DNA from: Clostridia bacterium
GTDB taxonomy: Bacteria > Bacillota > Clostridia > Oscillospirales > Acutalibacteraceae
Assembly (NCBI GenBank): GCA_017537365.1
Contig: JAFYKZ010000017.1
Span: 356 to 64,355, forward strand
Reading direction: 5' to 3'
DNA length: 64,000 nt
Part shown: positions 10,212-18,492 of the stretch, piece by piece
Numbering within the stretch: position 1 is the stretch's first letter
How the letters are laid out: each line of letters begins with the position of its first letter
Program-made: the position numbers and the translations under genes
Notes under the pieces: generated by a model
Seen by the model: the letters and a program-made list of their open reading frames with translations, nothing else
Databases searched by the model: none
Told to the model about the DNA's origin: nothing

Positions 10212-10852
10212 TGAAAACAATTTTATTCCAGGGAGATTCTATAACAGATTGCGGTAGAAAAAGAGAAGTTTTTGATAATATGGGTAGTGGATATCCTTTA
10301 CTTGTTAAATCGCAATTAGGATTTGAAAACATAGAAGAATACAATTTTATAAATCGTGGTATTAGCGGAAACAGAATTGTAGATGTATATTCCAGAATAA
10401 AATCAGATATCATAAATCTCAAACCCGATTATATGAGTATATTAATTGGAGTTAATGATGTATGGCATGAATTTGGTGCAGAAAATGGCGTTGATGCAGA
10501 AAAGTTTGAAAAAATCTACTGTATGTTAATTGAAGAAATCAAAGAGGCACTTCCTAATATTAAAATTATTTTATTAGAGCCTTTTTGTCTTAGAGCTTCT
10601 GCTACTGAAAATACCGAAGAAATTCCTGATAAATGGGAAATTTTCAATTTGGAAGTAAAAAAAAGATCCGAAAAAACGAAGGCTGTAGCAGAAAAATATG
10701 ATTTAAAATTCATCCCTTTACAGAGTAAGTTAGATGCGGCTGCTAAAAATTCAGAGAATACATATTGGCTCGCTGATGGTGTTCATCCAACTCCTATGGG
10801 ACATGAACTTATAAAACGCGAATGGCTAAAAGCATTCGAACAACTTGTTTGA
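10211..10852 (+). CDS. SGNH/GDSL family esterase
   Basis: ILFQGDSITD (block I Ser), GISGN, GVND and DGVHP (block V) motifs. The ATG overlaps the uxaB stop (ATAATG). No signal peptide. Confidence 0.8.
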   Translation: MKTILFQGDSITDCGRKREVFDNMGSGYPLLVKSQLGFENIEEYNFINRGISGNRIVDVYSRIKSDIINLKPDYMSILIGVNDVWHEFGAENGVDAEKFEKIYCMLIEEIKEALPNIKIILLEPFCLRASATENTEEIPDKWEIFNLEVKKRSEKTKAVAEKYDLKFIPLQSKLDAAAKNSENTYWLADGVHPTPMGHELIKREWLKAFEQLV

Positions 10853-10877
10853 TTTTTAAAATAGAGGTTTTTGCATA

Positions 10878-12359
10878 ATGAAATGTATTAAAATACATAA
10901 CATTGATAGCGTTGCTGTTGCGGTTGAACCTTTAAAATCAGGGGAAACTGTAACTGTTGATGCAAAAGAAATAACCCTTTTAAACGATATTCCCGCAGGG
11001 CATAAATTTGCAATAAAGGATATCAAAGAGGGCGAAAATATTATTAAATATGCCTATCCGATAGGACACGCTAAGTGCGATATTAAAAAAGGTGAGCATA
11101 TTCACACTCATAACACAAAATCAAACCTTGCAGGTGTTTTAGAGTATGAATATACCCCTGATTTTAAAGAGGTTGAAAAACTAAAACCCTTAACTTTCAG
11201 AGGTTATAAAAGACCTGATGGCAAGGTTGGTATTCGTAACGAAATTTGGATAGTGCCGACTGTTGGTTGTGTTAATTCTATTGTTCGAGAAATTGAAAAT
11301 CAGGCTCAAAAGTTTAAAACTGATAACATAGACGGTATATATTCATATAACCACCCTTATGGTTGTTCGCAACTCGGTGATGATATGGATATGACATTAA
11401 AGTATCTATCAGGTCTTATAAAGCATCCCAACGCCGCCGCTGTTTTGGTGGTTGGTCTTGGTTGTGAAAACGGCAATATAGAAGAACTCAAAAAAGTTCT
11501 TGGTGACTACGATGAAAATCGTGTTAAGTTCCTCGTGGCCCAAGATTTTGAGGATGAAATTTCAGAGGGTGTAAAGCAAGTAGAAGAATTATCTAAACTT
11601 GCTGATACATATAAAAGAGAAGAATGTTCGGCCAGTGATTTAATAATAGGTCTTAAATGCGGCGGCTCGGATGGTTTTTCGGGTATAACCGCAAATCCGC
11701 TTTTGGGCTCACTGTCTGATAGAATTATCGGTATGGGCGGAAGTGCAATATTGACCGAAGTTCCTGAAATGTTTGGTGCAGAAACTATCCTTATGAACCG
11801 TTGCCGAACTGAGAATGAATTTAATAAAACAGTTGACCTTATAAACAACTTTAAAAAGTATTTTATGAGATATGGCGAAAAGGTTGACGAAAATCCTTCG
11901 CCCGGTAATAAAGCGGGCGGAATTACTACCCTTGAAGATAAAGCACTAGGTTGTACCCAAAAATGCGGTACTGCTCCTGTTGAGGACGTGCTAAGCTATG
12001 GCGAATGTGTAAATAAAAAGGGATTATCTCTCTTGCAAGCTCCCGGTAACGACCTTGTTGCTGCAAACGCTTTGGCGGTTTCGGGTGCGCAGCTTATATT
12101 ATTTACAACAGGCAGAGGAACACCATTTGGTTGCCCTGTGCCAACGGCTAAAATTTCAAGCAACACAAACCTTGCCACAAAAAAGAAAATGTGGATAGAT
12201 TTTAATGCAGGAAGTTTGCTTGAAAATAAAACTATGCCTGAGCTTACAGATGAGTTTATAGACTTTGTTTTAAAACTGGCGTCGGGCGAAATTAAAGCCA
12301 AAGCAGAAATGCTCGATAAACACGAGCTTGCAATATTTAAAGATGGAGTAACACTATAA
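10878..12359 (+). CDS. uxaA: altronate dehydratase
   Basis: 493 aa with an SAF-like N-terminus (IPAGHKFAIKDI) and a UxaA/GarD-type C-terminal body. uxa operon context. Confidence 0.88.
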   Translation: MKCIKIHNIDSVAVAVEPLKSGETVTVDAKEITLLNDIPAGHKFAIKDIKEGENIIKYAYPIGHAKCDIKKGEHIHTHNTKSNLAGVLEYEYTPDFKEVEKLKPLTFRGYKRPDGKVGIRNEIWIVPTVGCVNSIVREIENQAQKFKTDNIDGIYSYNHPYGCSQLGDDMDMTLKYLSGLIKHPNAAAVLVVGLGCENGNIEELKKVLGDYDENRVKFLVAQDFEDEISEGVKQVEELSKLADTYKREECSASDLIIGLKCGGSDGFSGITANPLLGSLSDRIIGMGGSAILTEVPEMFGAETILMNRCRTENEFNKTVDLINNFKKYFMRYGEKVDENPSPGNKAGGITTLEDKALGCTQKCGTAPVEDVLSYGECVNKKGLSLLQAPGNDLVAANALAVSGAQLILFTTGRGTPFGCPVPTAKISSNTNLATKKKMWIDFNAGSLLENKTMPELTDEFIDFVLKLASGEIKAKAEMLDKHELAIFKDGVTL

Positions 12360-12373
12360 AGGAGAAAACGAAA

Positions 12374-12928
12374 ATGGAAAAATTTGTACCTGTTGTGGTT
12401 ATAAAAGAGCTAGGTGAAACCGATAAAATTTTAACTGCACTTAAAAACAACTCAATTAACTGTGCTGAGATTACTTTCAGAACCGCTTGTGCGGCAGAGG
12501 CTATTGAATATGCTGTGAAGAATTATCCTGATATGTCTATCGGTGCAGGAACTGTTATTAATGCTGAACAATGCGAGGCGGCTTTAAAAGCAGGCGCTCA
12601 GTTTATTGTATCGCCAGGACTTTCGGTGGCGGTTGCTAAAATATGTATCGAAAGAAATATTCCGTATTATCCAGGTTGCGTAACCCCTACCGAAATTATG
12701 CAGGCATTAGAGCTCGGTATTACAACAGTTAAATTCTTCCCTGCAAATGTTTATGGCGGTCTTAGTGCATTAAAGGCGTTATCAGCACCGTTCCCTCAGG
12801 TTAAATTTATCCCCACAGGCGGTGTTGATAGAAGCAATATTGATGAGTTTTTAGCATTCGATAAAATTGAAGCTATCGGCGGAAGTTTCTTTGTAAAAGA
12901 AGCACTTGAAAAAATGGAGGGCAAATAA
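12374..12928 (+). CDS. eda: 2-dehydro-3-deoxyphosphogluconate (KDPG) aldolase, compact form
   Basis: Has AEITFRT (catalytic Glu region), GAGTV, VKFFPA (Schiff-base Lys) and PTGGV. 184 aa, shorter than E. coli Eda at both ends, but the motifs are intact. Confidence 0.85.
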   Translation: MEKFVPVVVIKELGETDKILTALKNNSINCAEITFRTACAAEAIEYAVKNYPDMSIGAGTVINAEQCEAALKAGAQFIVSPGLSVAVAKICIERNIPYYPGCVTPTEIMQALELGITTVKFFPANVYGGLSALKALSAPFPQVKFIPTGGVDRSNIDEFLAFDKIEAIGGSFFVKEALEKMEGK

Positions 12929-12929
12929 T

Positions 12930-13952
12930 ATGGCTAAAATAGTTACTTTCGGTGAGTTAATGTTAAGACTTGCTCCTAACGGATATTATAGATTTTTTCA
13001 AAACGACCAAATGCAAGCAACCTTTGGCGGTGGCGAGGCTAACGTTGCTGTAAGCCTTGCAAACTATGGTATGGATAGTGTGTATGTAACAAAGCTTCCT
13101 AAACATGCTATCGGTCAGGCTGCGGTTGATAGTCTCAGATATTTCGGTGTTGATACTTCTAAAATCGTTCGCGGTGGCGAAAGAGTAGGTATTTACTATC
13201 TTGAAAAAGGTGCTTCACAGAGAGGCTCGGTTTGTATTTATGACCGCAAGTATTCCGCTATTCAACAGGCAACAACCGCTGATTTTAATTGGGATGATAT
13301 TTTTGAGGGTGCTGACTGGTTCCATTTTACAGGTATCACTCCTGCTCTCGGTGAAAATGTTGTTGAAATTTGCAAAGAGGCTTGTATTGCCGCTAAAAAA
13401 CGCGGTGTTAAAATTTCTTGCGACTTAAATTACAGAGGTAAGCTTTGGACCAGAGAAGAAGCAAACAAGGCTATGACCGAATTATGCCAATATGTTGATG
13501 TTTGCATCTCAAATGAAGAAGATGCAAAGGATGTATTCGGCATTGAGGCTGAGGGTACTGATATTTACGGCGGTAAACTCAACCACGAGGGTTATAAATC
13601 TGTTGCAAAACAGTTAGCAGATAAATTCGGCTTTGAAAAGGTTGCTATTACCCTTAGAACTTCAATTTCTGCTAACGATAACGATTGGGCAGGTATGCTT
13701 TATGATGGAGAGGATTATTATTTCTCGAAGTCTTATCATTTGCATATTGTTGACCGCGTTGGCGGTGGCGATAGCTTCGGCGGTGGACTTATCTATGCAT
13801 TACTTTCAGGTAAATCTTCAAAAGAGGCTATCGAGTTTGCAGTTGCAGCATCTGCTTTAAAACACTCGGTTGAGGGTGATTATAACAGAGTATCTGTAAG
13901 CGAAGTTGAAAAGCTTGCAGGTGGCGATGGTTCGGGTAGAGTGCAGAGGTAA
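12930..13952 (+). CDS. kdgK: 2-dehydro-3-deoxygluconokinase (PfkB family)
   Basis: MAKIVTFGELMLRL, GGGEANVAV and DRVGGGDSF motifs. The track start at 12906 is inside eda; ATG 12930 follows a GGAGGG SD. Confidence 0.88.
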   Translation: MAKIVTFGELMLRLAPNGYYRFFQNDQMQATFGGGEANVAVSLANYGMDSVYVTKLPKHAIGQAAVDSLRYFGVDTSKIVRGGERVGIYYLEKGASQRGSVCIYDRKYSAIQQATTADFNWDDIFEGADWFHFTGITPALGENVVEICKEACIAAKKRGVKISCDLNYRGKLWTREEANKAMTELCQYVDVCISNEEDAKDVFGIEAEGTDIYGGKLNHEGYKSVAKQLADKFGFEKVAITLRTSISANDNDWAGMLYDGEDYYFSKSYHLHIVDRVGGGDSFGGGLIYALLSGKSSKEAIEFAVAASALKHSVEGDYNRVSVSEVEKLAGGDGSGRVQR

Positions 13953-13956
13953 GAAT

Positions 13957-14913
13957 ATGTATCCATTATTATTAACACCGCCTATTAAGGATTATTTATG
14001 GGGCGGAACAAAATTAAAAACAGATTTCGGTTTCGAGACCGAAAAGGAAATTGCCGCAGAGGCTTGGATGTTGTCTTGCCATAAAGACGGTATGAATATA
14101 GTTCAGAACGGCGAATATAAAGGCAAAACAATAAATGAGGTTTTGGAAATATGGGGAAAGTCTGCGCTAGGCAAAAATGCAGAAAGCTTTTCATATTTTC
14201 CTATTCTCATAAAGCTTATTGATGCTAAGCAAAAGCTTTCAGTTCAGGTGCATCCTGATGATGAGTATGCATTGTCGGTTGAGGGTGAATACGGCAAGAC
14301 TGAAATGTGGTATGTTGTCGACTGTGAAGAGGGTGCAGAACTGATTTACGGTTTTAAAGAAAACATATCAAAGGAAGAGTTTGAAAGAAGAATTAAGGAT
14401 AACACCTTAACTGAGGTCTGCAATTTTGTGCCTGTTAATAAGGGTGATGTTTTCTTCATTAATGCAGGTACACTTCACGCAATAGGTGAGGGAATACTCA
14501 TTGCCGAGGTACAGCAAAATTCAAATACTACTTACAGAGTATCTGATTACGGCAGACTTGGTGCAGACGGTAAACCCAGAGAGCTTCATATTGAAAAGGC
14601 TTTGGATGTTACAAAATGCGAAGTTCCTCAAATTCCTTATGGCAAGGTTGGAGACATTAAGGTTGAAGATAGTTACACTTTGAGAGATTTGGCGGCTTGC
14701 GATAAGTTTTCTGCAAAGCTTTTAACCTTAAACGGTGAGTACAAGTTGTGTTCAAAGGATAGCTTTGTATCAATAGTTGTTTTAAGTGGTGAGTTTAGTG
14801 TTTCTTTCAAAGGAGAAAGTCTTTCAGCTGAAAAGGGAGACAGTATATTTATCCCCGCAGGCTTGGAGGTAAAATTTGACGGAAAAGCCGAAACACTTTA
14901 TAGCTTTGTTTGA
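13957..14913 (+). CDS. manA: mannose-6-phosphate isomerase, class I
   Basis: MYPLLLTPPIKDYLWGG, QVHPDD, EMWYV and HAIGEG metal-ligand motifs. The track start at 13906 overlaps kdgK; ATG 13957 chosen. Confidence 0.85.
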   Translation: MYPLLLTPPIKDYLWGGTKLKTDFGFETEKEIAAEAWMLSCHKDGMNIVQNGEYKGKTINEVLEIWGKSALGKNAESFSYFPILIKLIDAKQKLSVQVHPDDEYALSVEGEYGKTEMWYVVDCEEGAELIYGFKENISKEEFERRIKDNTLTEVCNFVPVNKGDVFFINAGTLHAIGEGILIAEVQQNSNTTYRVSDYGRLGADGKPRELHIEKALDVTKCEVPQIPYGKVGDIKVEDSYTLRDLAACDKFSAKLLTLNGEYKLCSKDSFVSIVVLSGEFSVSFKGESLSAEKGDSIFIPAGLEVKFDGKAETLYSFV

Positions 14914-14942
14914 TAATAAAAAAGATTTTGAGGAGGCATAAA

Positions 14943-15824
14943 ATGAAAAAGGATATTACTTTAATCGTTATGGCGGCAGGAATGGGCAGCCGTTTTGGAG
15001 GACTTAAACAAATCGAGCCTATCGGACCTAACGGAGAGGTTTTGCTTGACTTTTCGGTTTATGATGCAGTCCAGGCAGGTTTTACAAAGGTTGTTTTTGT
15101 AATAAAGAAGCAAATTGAGAAGGACTTTAAAGAGGTTGTTGGCAAAAGAATAGCCAAGCGTGTTAAGGTTGAATATGCTTTCCAGGAAACCGATAAATTA
15201 CCTGAGGGTTATACCTGCCCTGAGGATAGAACAAAGCCTTGGGGAACTGCTCATGCTATTCTGTGTTGCAAGGATATCGTTAAAGAGCCTTTTGCAGTTG
15301 TTAATGCGGATGATTATTACGGTCGAAATGCATTCAAGCAGGTTGCAGACTTTTTAAATAGCGATACAAACGATTATGCTATGGTTGGTTTCCGCTTGGT
15401 TAATACTTTAACCGAGAACGGACATGTTTCTCGCGGAGTTTGCGAAATTGAAAACGGTATTTTAAAAACCGTTACCGAAAGAACCAAGATTATTGATTGC
15501 AAATATACTGAGGACGATGGCGAAACCTGGATTAGTTTACCTGAGGATACGGTTGTTTCTATGAATCTTTGGGGATTCACACCAGATTTGTTCGATTATA
15601 TCGAAACAGGCTTCAAGAAGTTTTTAGATGAAAAAATAAATGTTCCTAAGTCTGAATACTATTTGCCTTCGGTTGTTTCCGAAAGAATTGAAAAGGGCGA
15701 AAAGCAGGTGCGCGTGCTTGTTGCTGAGGATAAATGGTACGGTGTTACTTATAAAGAGGATAAAGAGGTTGTGGTTTCGGCTATAACCAAAATGATTAAC
15801 GACGGACTTTACGAAGGACTATAA
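14943..15824 (+). CDS. sugar-phosphate nucleotidyltransferase family protein
   Basis: LIVMAAGMGSRFGGLKQ is a G-rich NTP-transferase signature. ATG 14943 follows a GAGGAGG SD (track start 14910 is less likely). Substrate unknown. Confidence 0.75.
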   Translation: MKKDITLIVMAAGMGSRFGGLKQIEPIGPNGEVLLDFSVYDAVQAGFTKVVFVIKKQIEKDFKEVVGKRIAKRVKVEYAFQETDKLPEGYTCPEDRTKPWGTAHAILCCKDIVKEPFAVVNADDYYGRNAFKQVADFLNSDTNDYAMVGFRLVNTLTENGHVSRGVCEIENGILKTVTERTKIIDCKYTEDDGETWISLPEDTVVSMNLWGFTPDLFDYIETGFKKFLDEKINVPKSEYYLPSVVSERIEKGEKQVRVLVAEDKWYGVTYKEDKEVVVSAITKMINDGLYEGL

Positions 15825-15830
15825 ACCTAA

Positions 15831-15869
15831 AAACAGGCTATCTTTTTTAAGATAGCCTGTTTTCTTTTG
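15831..15869 (+). terminator. rho-independent terminator ending the uxaC-to-nucleotidyltransferase operon
   Basis: AAACAGGCTATCT / AGATAGCCTGTTT 13 bp stem, 6 nt loop, then TTTCTTTTG. Confidence 0.85.
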
Positions 15870-15917
15870 CCTTAAAATGTATTTTAATCTTTAAACTGAA
15901 AATAATATCATTTAGAG

Positions 15918-17225
15918 GTGATAGCTTTGGGAAATGCTTGGGAAGAAAGCGTTAAAAAACCCAGATTTGAAAGCTTAAAGGGTGATTTAGATACTGAGGT
16001 TTTGATTATCGGTGGCGGAATAACAGGAATTTTATGCGGATATGAGCTTTGGAAAGCCGGAGTGGATTATACTATTGTTGAGGCTAACGAGATTTGTTCG
16101 GGTGTAACCCATAACACAACCGCAAAAATAACCTTTCATCACGGTGCAATTTTTCATACAATGGTAGACCGTTTTGGAGAGCATACGGCAAGGCTTTATG
16201 TTAAGGCTCAGAACGAAGCACTGGAAAGATATAAAGAGCTTTGCAAAAATATAGATTGCGATTTTGAAGTTAAAGATTCTTATGTTTATTCCTTAAATAA
16301 TAAAGCAAAAATCAAGCGAGAGGTTTTAGCTCTTAGAAAGCTAGGAATTAAAGCCGATTATGTCAAAGAACTTAATTTGCCTTTTAAAACAGCGGGCGCG
16401 GTTAGGGTTGAAAATCAGGCGCAGTTTAATCCTTTGAAGTTTTTGTATGAAATATCAAAGGATTTGAATATTTATGAAAAAACCAAGATTTTAGAATTAA
16501 AACCAGACGGTGCGGTTACCAAATACGGTAAAATCAAAGCAAAAAAGATTATTGTTGCCACTCATTTTCCTTTTATAAATAAGCACGGAAGCTATTTTTT
16601 AAAAATGTATCAGCATCGTTCTTATGTTTTGGCGGTAGAAAATGCAGAAAATATAAACGGAATGTATGTTGACGAGGCAGAGACGGGATTATCTTTTAGA
16701 AATTATAACAATCTGCTTCTTATAGGCGGTGGGGGACACAGAACAGGTAAACAAGGCGGAAATTATGCTGAGCTTAGAAATTTTTTAAAGAAATATTATC
16801 CGCAAGCTAAGGAGGTTTATTCTTGGGCAACACAGGATTGCAAAACCTTAGACGATATCGCTTATATTGGCAAATATTCTTATAACACCCCAAATTTTTA
16901 TGTTGCAACAGGTTTTAATAAATGGGGAATGACTAATGCTATGGTTTCGGCGCGTTTGCTTTCAGATATGATTAAGTCCAAGAAAAGCGAATACCAAACT
17001 GTTTTCACTCCTCAAAGAAGTATCATAAGACCTCAGCTTGCGATAAATTCCGTAGAAGCTATAAAAGGAATTTTTAATATAGGTGCGCCGAGATGTCCGC
17101 ATTTGGGTTGCGCTTTGAGTTACAATAAATCGGAACATTCCTGGGATTGCTCTTGCCATGGCTCACGTTTTTCTGAGGACGGAAAGCTTTTAAACAACCC
17201 CGCAACCGACGATGCAAAATTTTAA
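15918..17225 (+). CDS. FAD-dependent oxidoreductase with C-terminal Rieske [2Fe-2S] domain (YhfW-like)
   Basis: VLIIGGGITGILCG dinucleotide fold and C-terminal CPHLGC...CSCHGSRF Rieske motif. The true start may be TTG 15927, 6 nt after AGAGGTG. Confidence 0.8.
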   Translation: MIALGNAWEESVKKPRFESLKGDLDTEVLIIGGGITGILCGYELWKAGVDYTIVEANEICSGVTHNTTAKITFHHGAIFHTMVDRFGEHTARLYVKAQNEALERYKELCKNIDCDFEVKDSYVYSLNNKAKIKREVLALRKLGIKADYVKELNLPFKTAGAVRVENQAQFNPLKFLYEISKDLNIYEKTKILELKPDGAVTKYGKIKAKKIIVATHFPFINKHGSYFLKMYQHRSYVLAVENAENINGMYVDEAETGLSFRNYNNLLLIGGGGHRTGKQGGNYAELRNFLKKYYPQAKEVYSWATQDCKTLDDIAYIGKYSYNTPNFYVATGFNKWGMTNAMVSARLLSDMIKSKKSEYQTVFTPQRSIIRPQLAINSVEAIKGIFNIGAPRCPHLGCALSYNKSEHSWDCSCHGSRFSEDGKLLNNPATDDAKF

Positions 17226-17243
17226 AAACCGAATAACTTAAAA

Positions 17244-17276
17244 CACCTCGGTATATAATTTACTGAGGTGTTTTTT
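17244..17276 (+). terminator. rho-independent terminator after the FAD/Rieske gene
   Basis: CACCTCGGT ... ACTGAGGTG stem followed by TTTTTT. It abuts the tspO start codon. Confidence 0.7.
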
Positions 17277-17744
17277 ATGAGAAAAGAAATAAAATCCTAT
17301 ATAGTGGCAATATTGTTGCCTTTGGCGGTGGGAGGAGTTTCGGCACTTTTAACTATGGGCAGTATGGATATATATGAAACCATTAACACACCCTCTTTTG
17401 CACCGCCGGGGATAGTTTTTCCGATTGTTTGGACTATTCTTTATATCTTAATGGGAATTAGCAGCGGTATAATATATAACAGTAAATCAAAAGATAAAGA
17501 CAACGCACTTTTTATATACATAATTCAGCTAATGGTAAACTTTGTTTGGAGTATAATTTTCTTTAATTTAAGGGCATTTTTACTTGCCTTTCTTTTAATT
17601 ATTGTTTTATGGGTACTTATTGTTTTAATGATTTCGAGGTTTTATAAAATAGATAAAACCGCGGCATATTTGCAAATTCCTTATCTCTTATGGGTTACCT
17701 TTGCAGGAATTTTAACCCTTGTGATTTATTTATTAAATAGATAG
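17277..17744 (+). CDS. tspO: TspO/MBR family tryptophan-rich sensory protein
   Basis: Five-TM protein with FAPPGIVFPIVWTILYILMGIS and IPYLLWVTFA motifs. The GTG 17268 of the track lies in the terminator stem, so ATG 17277 is used. Confidence 0.85.
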   Translation: MRKEIKSYIVAILLPLAVGGVSALLTMGSMDIYETINTPSFAPPGIVFPIVWTILYILMGISSGIIYNSKSKDKDNALFIYIIQLMVNFVWSIIFFNLRAFLLAFLLIIVLWVLIVLMISRFYKIDKTAAYLQIPYLLWVTFAGILTLVIYLLNR

Positions 17745-17746
17745 GT

Positions 17747-17932
17747 TTAAAATATTAACATATTTTTTCTCTTGTGATAAGCTCGTTCGTCTTCTGAAAA
17801 GCCTAAAAAGGCATCTGGGTTAGGGGCAAATTTGCAATTATCACACATATATATGCTGGTGATTTGGATGTTTTCGAGGTTGCAGACATTTTCTTTGTTG
17901 TGAACACAAATAGTGGCATTACATTTAATCAT
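17747..17932 (-). CDS. DUF1540-like small Cys-rich protein
   Basis: 61 aa, MIKCNATICVHNKENVCNLENIQI...CDNCKF. AGAGAGG SD 8 nt upstream of the ATG. Confidence 0.7.
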   Translation of the reverse strand: MIKCNATICVHNKENVCNLENIQITSIYMCDNCKFAPNPDAFLGFSEDERAYHKRKNMLIF

Positions 17933-18170
17933 TTTTTAAATCCTCTCTAAAATAAAAAAGTGCGACAACCGAAGTTATCGCACATAAAACGCAAACTCCG
18001 TTGTCGCAAAACAAAAACCAATGAAACAGGAATATTTCATCACAAACTCATCAGGTGGAATCTGCATTTTTAACAAATTCTAAAATAAGTTTGTGATAGA
18101 TTAAAAAGAATATACTAATCCCTTGGTGTAAAAAATATTCCCTTAAAATAATATTTGATTTTTGTTTTGC
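17933..18170 (-). promoter_or_regulatory. ~238 nt 5' leader with mutually exclusive terminator/antiterminator (riboswitch-like, class not recognised)
   Basis: Lies between a consensus promoter and the DUF1540 SD. Contains nested helices (ATCACAAACT/AGTTTGTGAT, GGAATATTT/AAATATTCC) and a 9 bp antiterminator, UGCGACAAC (18007-17999), competing for the 3' arm of the terminator. Confidence 0.55.
17948..17982 (-). terminator. leader (attenuator) terminator upstream of the DUF1540 gene
   Basis: Minus-strand RNA GUGCGAUAAC-UUCG-GUUGUCGCAC followed by UUUUUUAUUUU. 10 bp stem with one G.U pair and a UUCG tetraloop, directly before the SD. Confidence 0.75.
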
Positions 18171-18176
18171 AAAGCT

Positions 18177-18205
18177 ATTATATCATAACTTTTTGATTTT
18201 TTCAA
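18177..18205 (-). promoter_or_regulatory. sigma-A promoter for the DUF1540 leader
   Basis: On the minus strand: TTGAAA, 17 nt spacer, TATAAT. Confidence 0.7.
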
Positions 18206-18220
18206 TATGAAAATATTTGT

Positions 18221-18252
18221 TGTAGGGGAGGGCACAGAGACCCTCCCCTACA
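18221..18252. repeat. GC-rich perfect palindrome between two divergent promoters
   Basis: TGTAGGGGAGGG cacagaga CCCTCCCCTACA, 12 bp perfect arms. The flanks ATATTTG / CAAATAT extend it imperfectly. Confidence 0.9.
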
Positions 18253-18289
18253 AATATCATTGATTATTAAATTTAATTTTAAATAATGC

Positions 18290-18318
18290 TTGCAATTTGT
18301 CGAAAGGTGTGGTAAAAT
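18290..18318 (+). promoter_or_regulatory. sigma-A promoter of the glycine riboswitch / symporter transcript
   Basis: TTGCAA, 17 nt spacer, TGgTAAAAT (extended -10). Confidence 0.7.
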
Positions 18319-18353
18319 ATCAACTATCATGTGTCAATAAATAAGCTATCCGA

Positions 18354-18462
18354 CTTTGGAGAAGCTCGCTTTAAGCGAGTGCCGAAGGTGTACGGCGGTT
18401 AATGATTGTTTTTAGTTAGTCGAATAATCATTATCGTTAATCTCTCAGGCAAAAGGACAAAG
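18354..18462 (+). promoter_or_regulatory. glycine riboswitch, single aptamer
   Basis: CUUUGGAGAA...GCUCGC/GCGAGUGCCGAAGGUG...AAUCUCUCAGGCAAAAGGACAAAG matches the conserved GGAGA / GCCGAAGG / CUCUCAGGCAAAAGGAC cores, with a CUUUG/CAAAG P1. It sits upstream of an alanine/glycine symporter. Confidence 0.85.
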
Positions 18463-18492
18463 GAAGGGGTTTTATATCATATAAAATTCTTC

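Noticed and set aside
12374-12928. eda is only 184 aa, about 25-30 aa shorter than E. coli Eda. I considered a truncated pseudogene.
   Set aside because: It has a good SD and ATG. The catalytic Glu (AEITFRT) and Schiff-base Lys (VKFFPA) regions and PTGG are intact, and the shortening is at both termini. It is probably a compact functional form.
18046-18053. CUGAUGAG (hammerhead ribozyme core-like octamer) on the minus strand within the DUF1540 leader, followed by ...GAAA.
   Set aside because: The sequence between CUGAUGA and GAAA (GUUUGUGAU) cannot form a stem II hairpin, and no stem I/III or cleavage-site context is present. The octamer is instead part of the ATCACAAACT/AGTTTGTGAT helix region, so this looks like chance.
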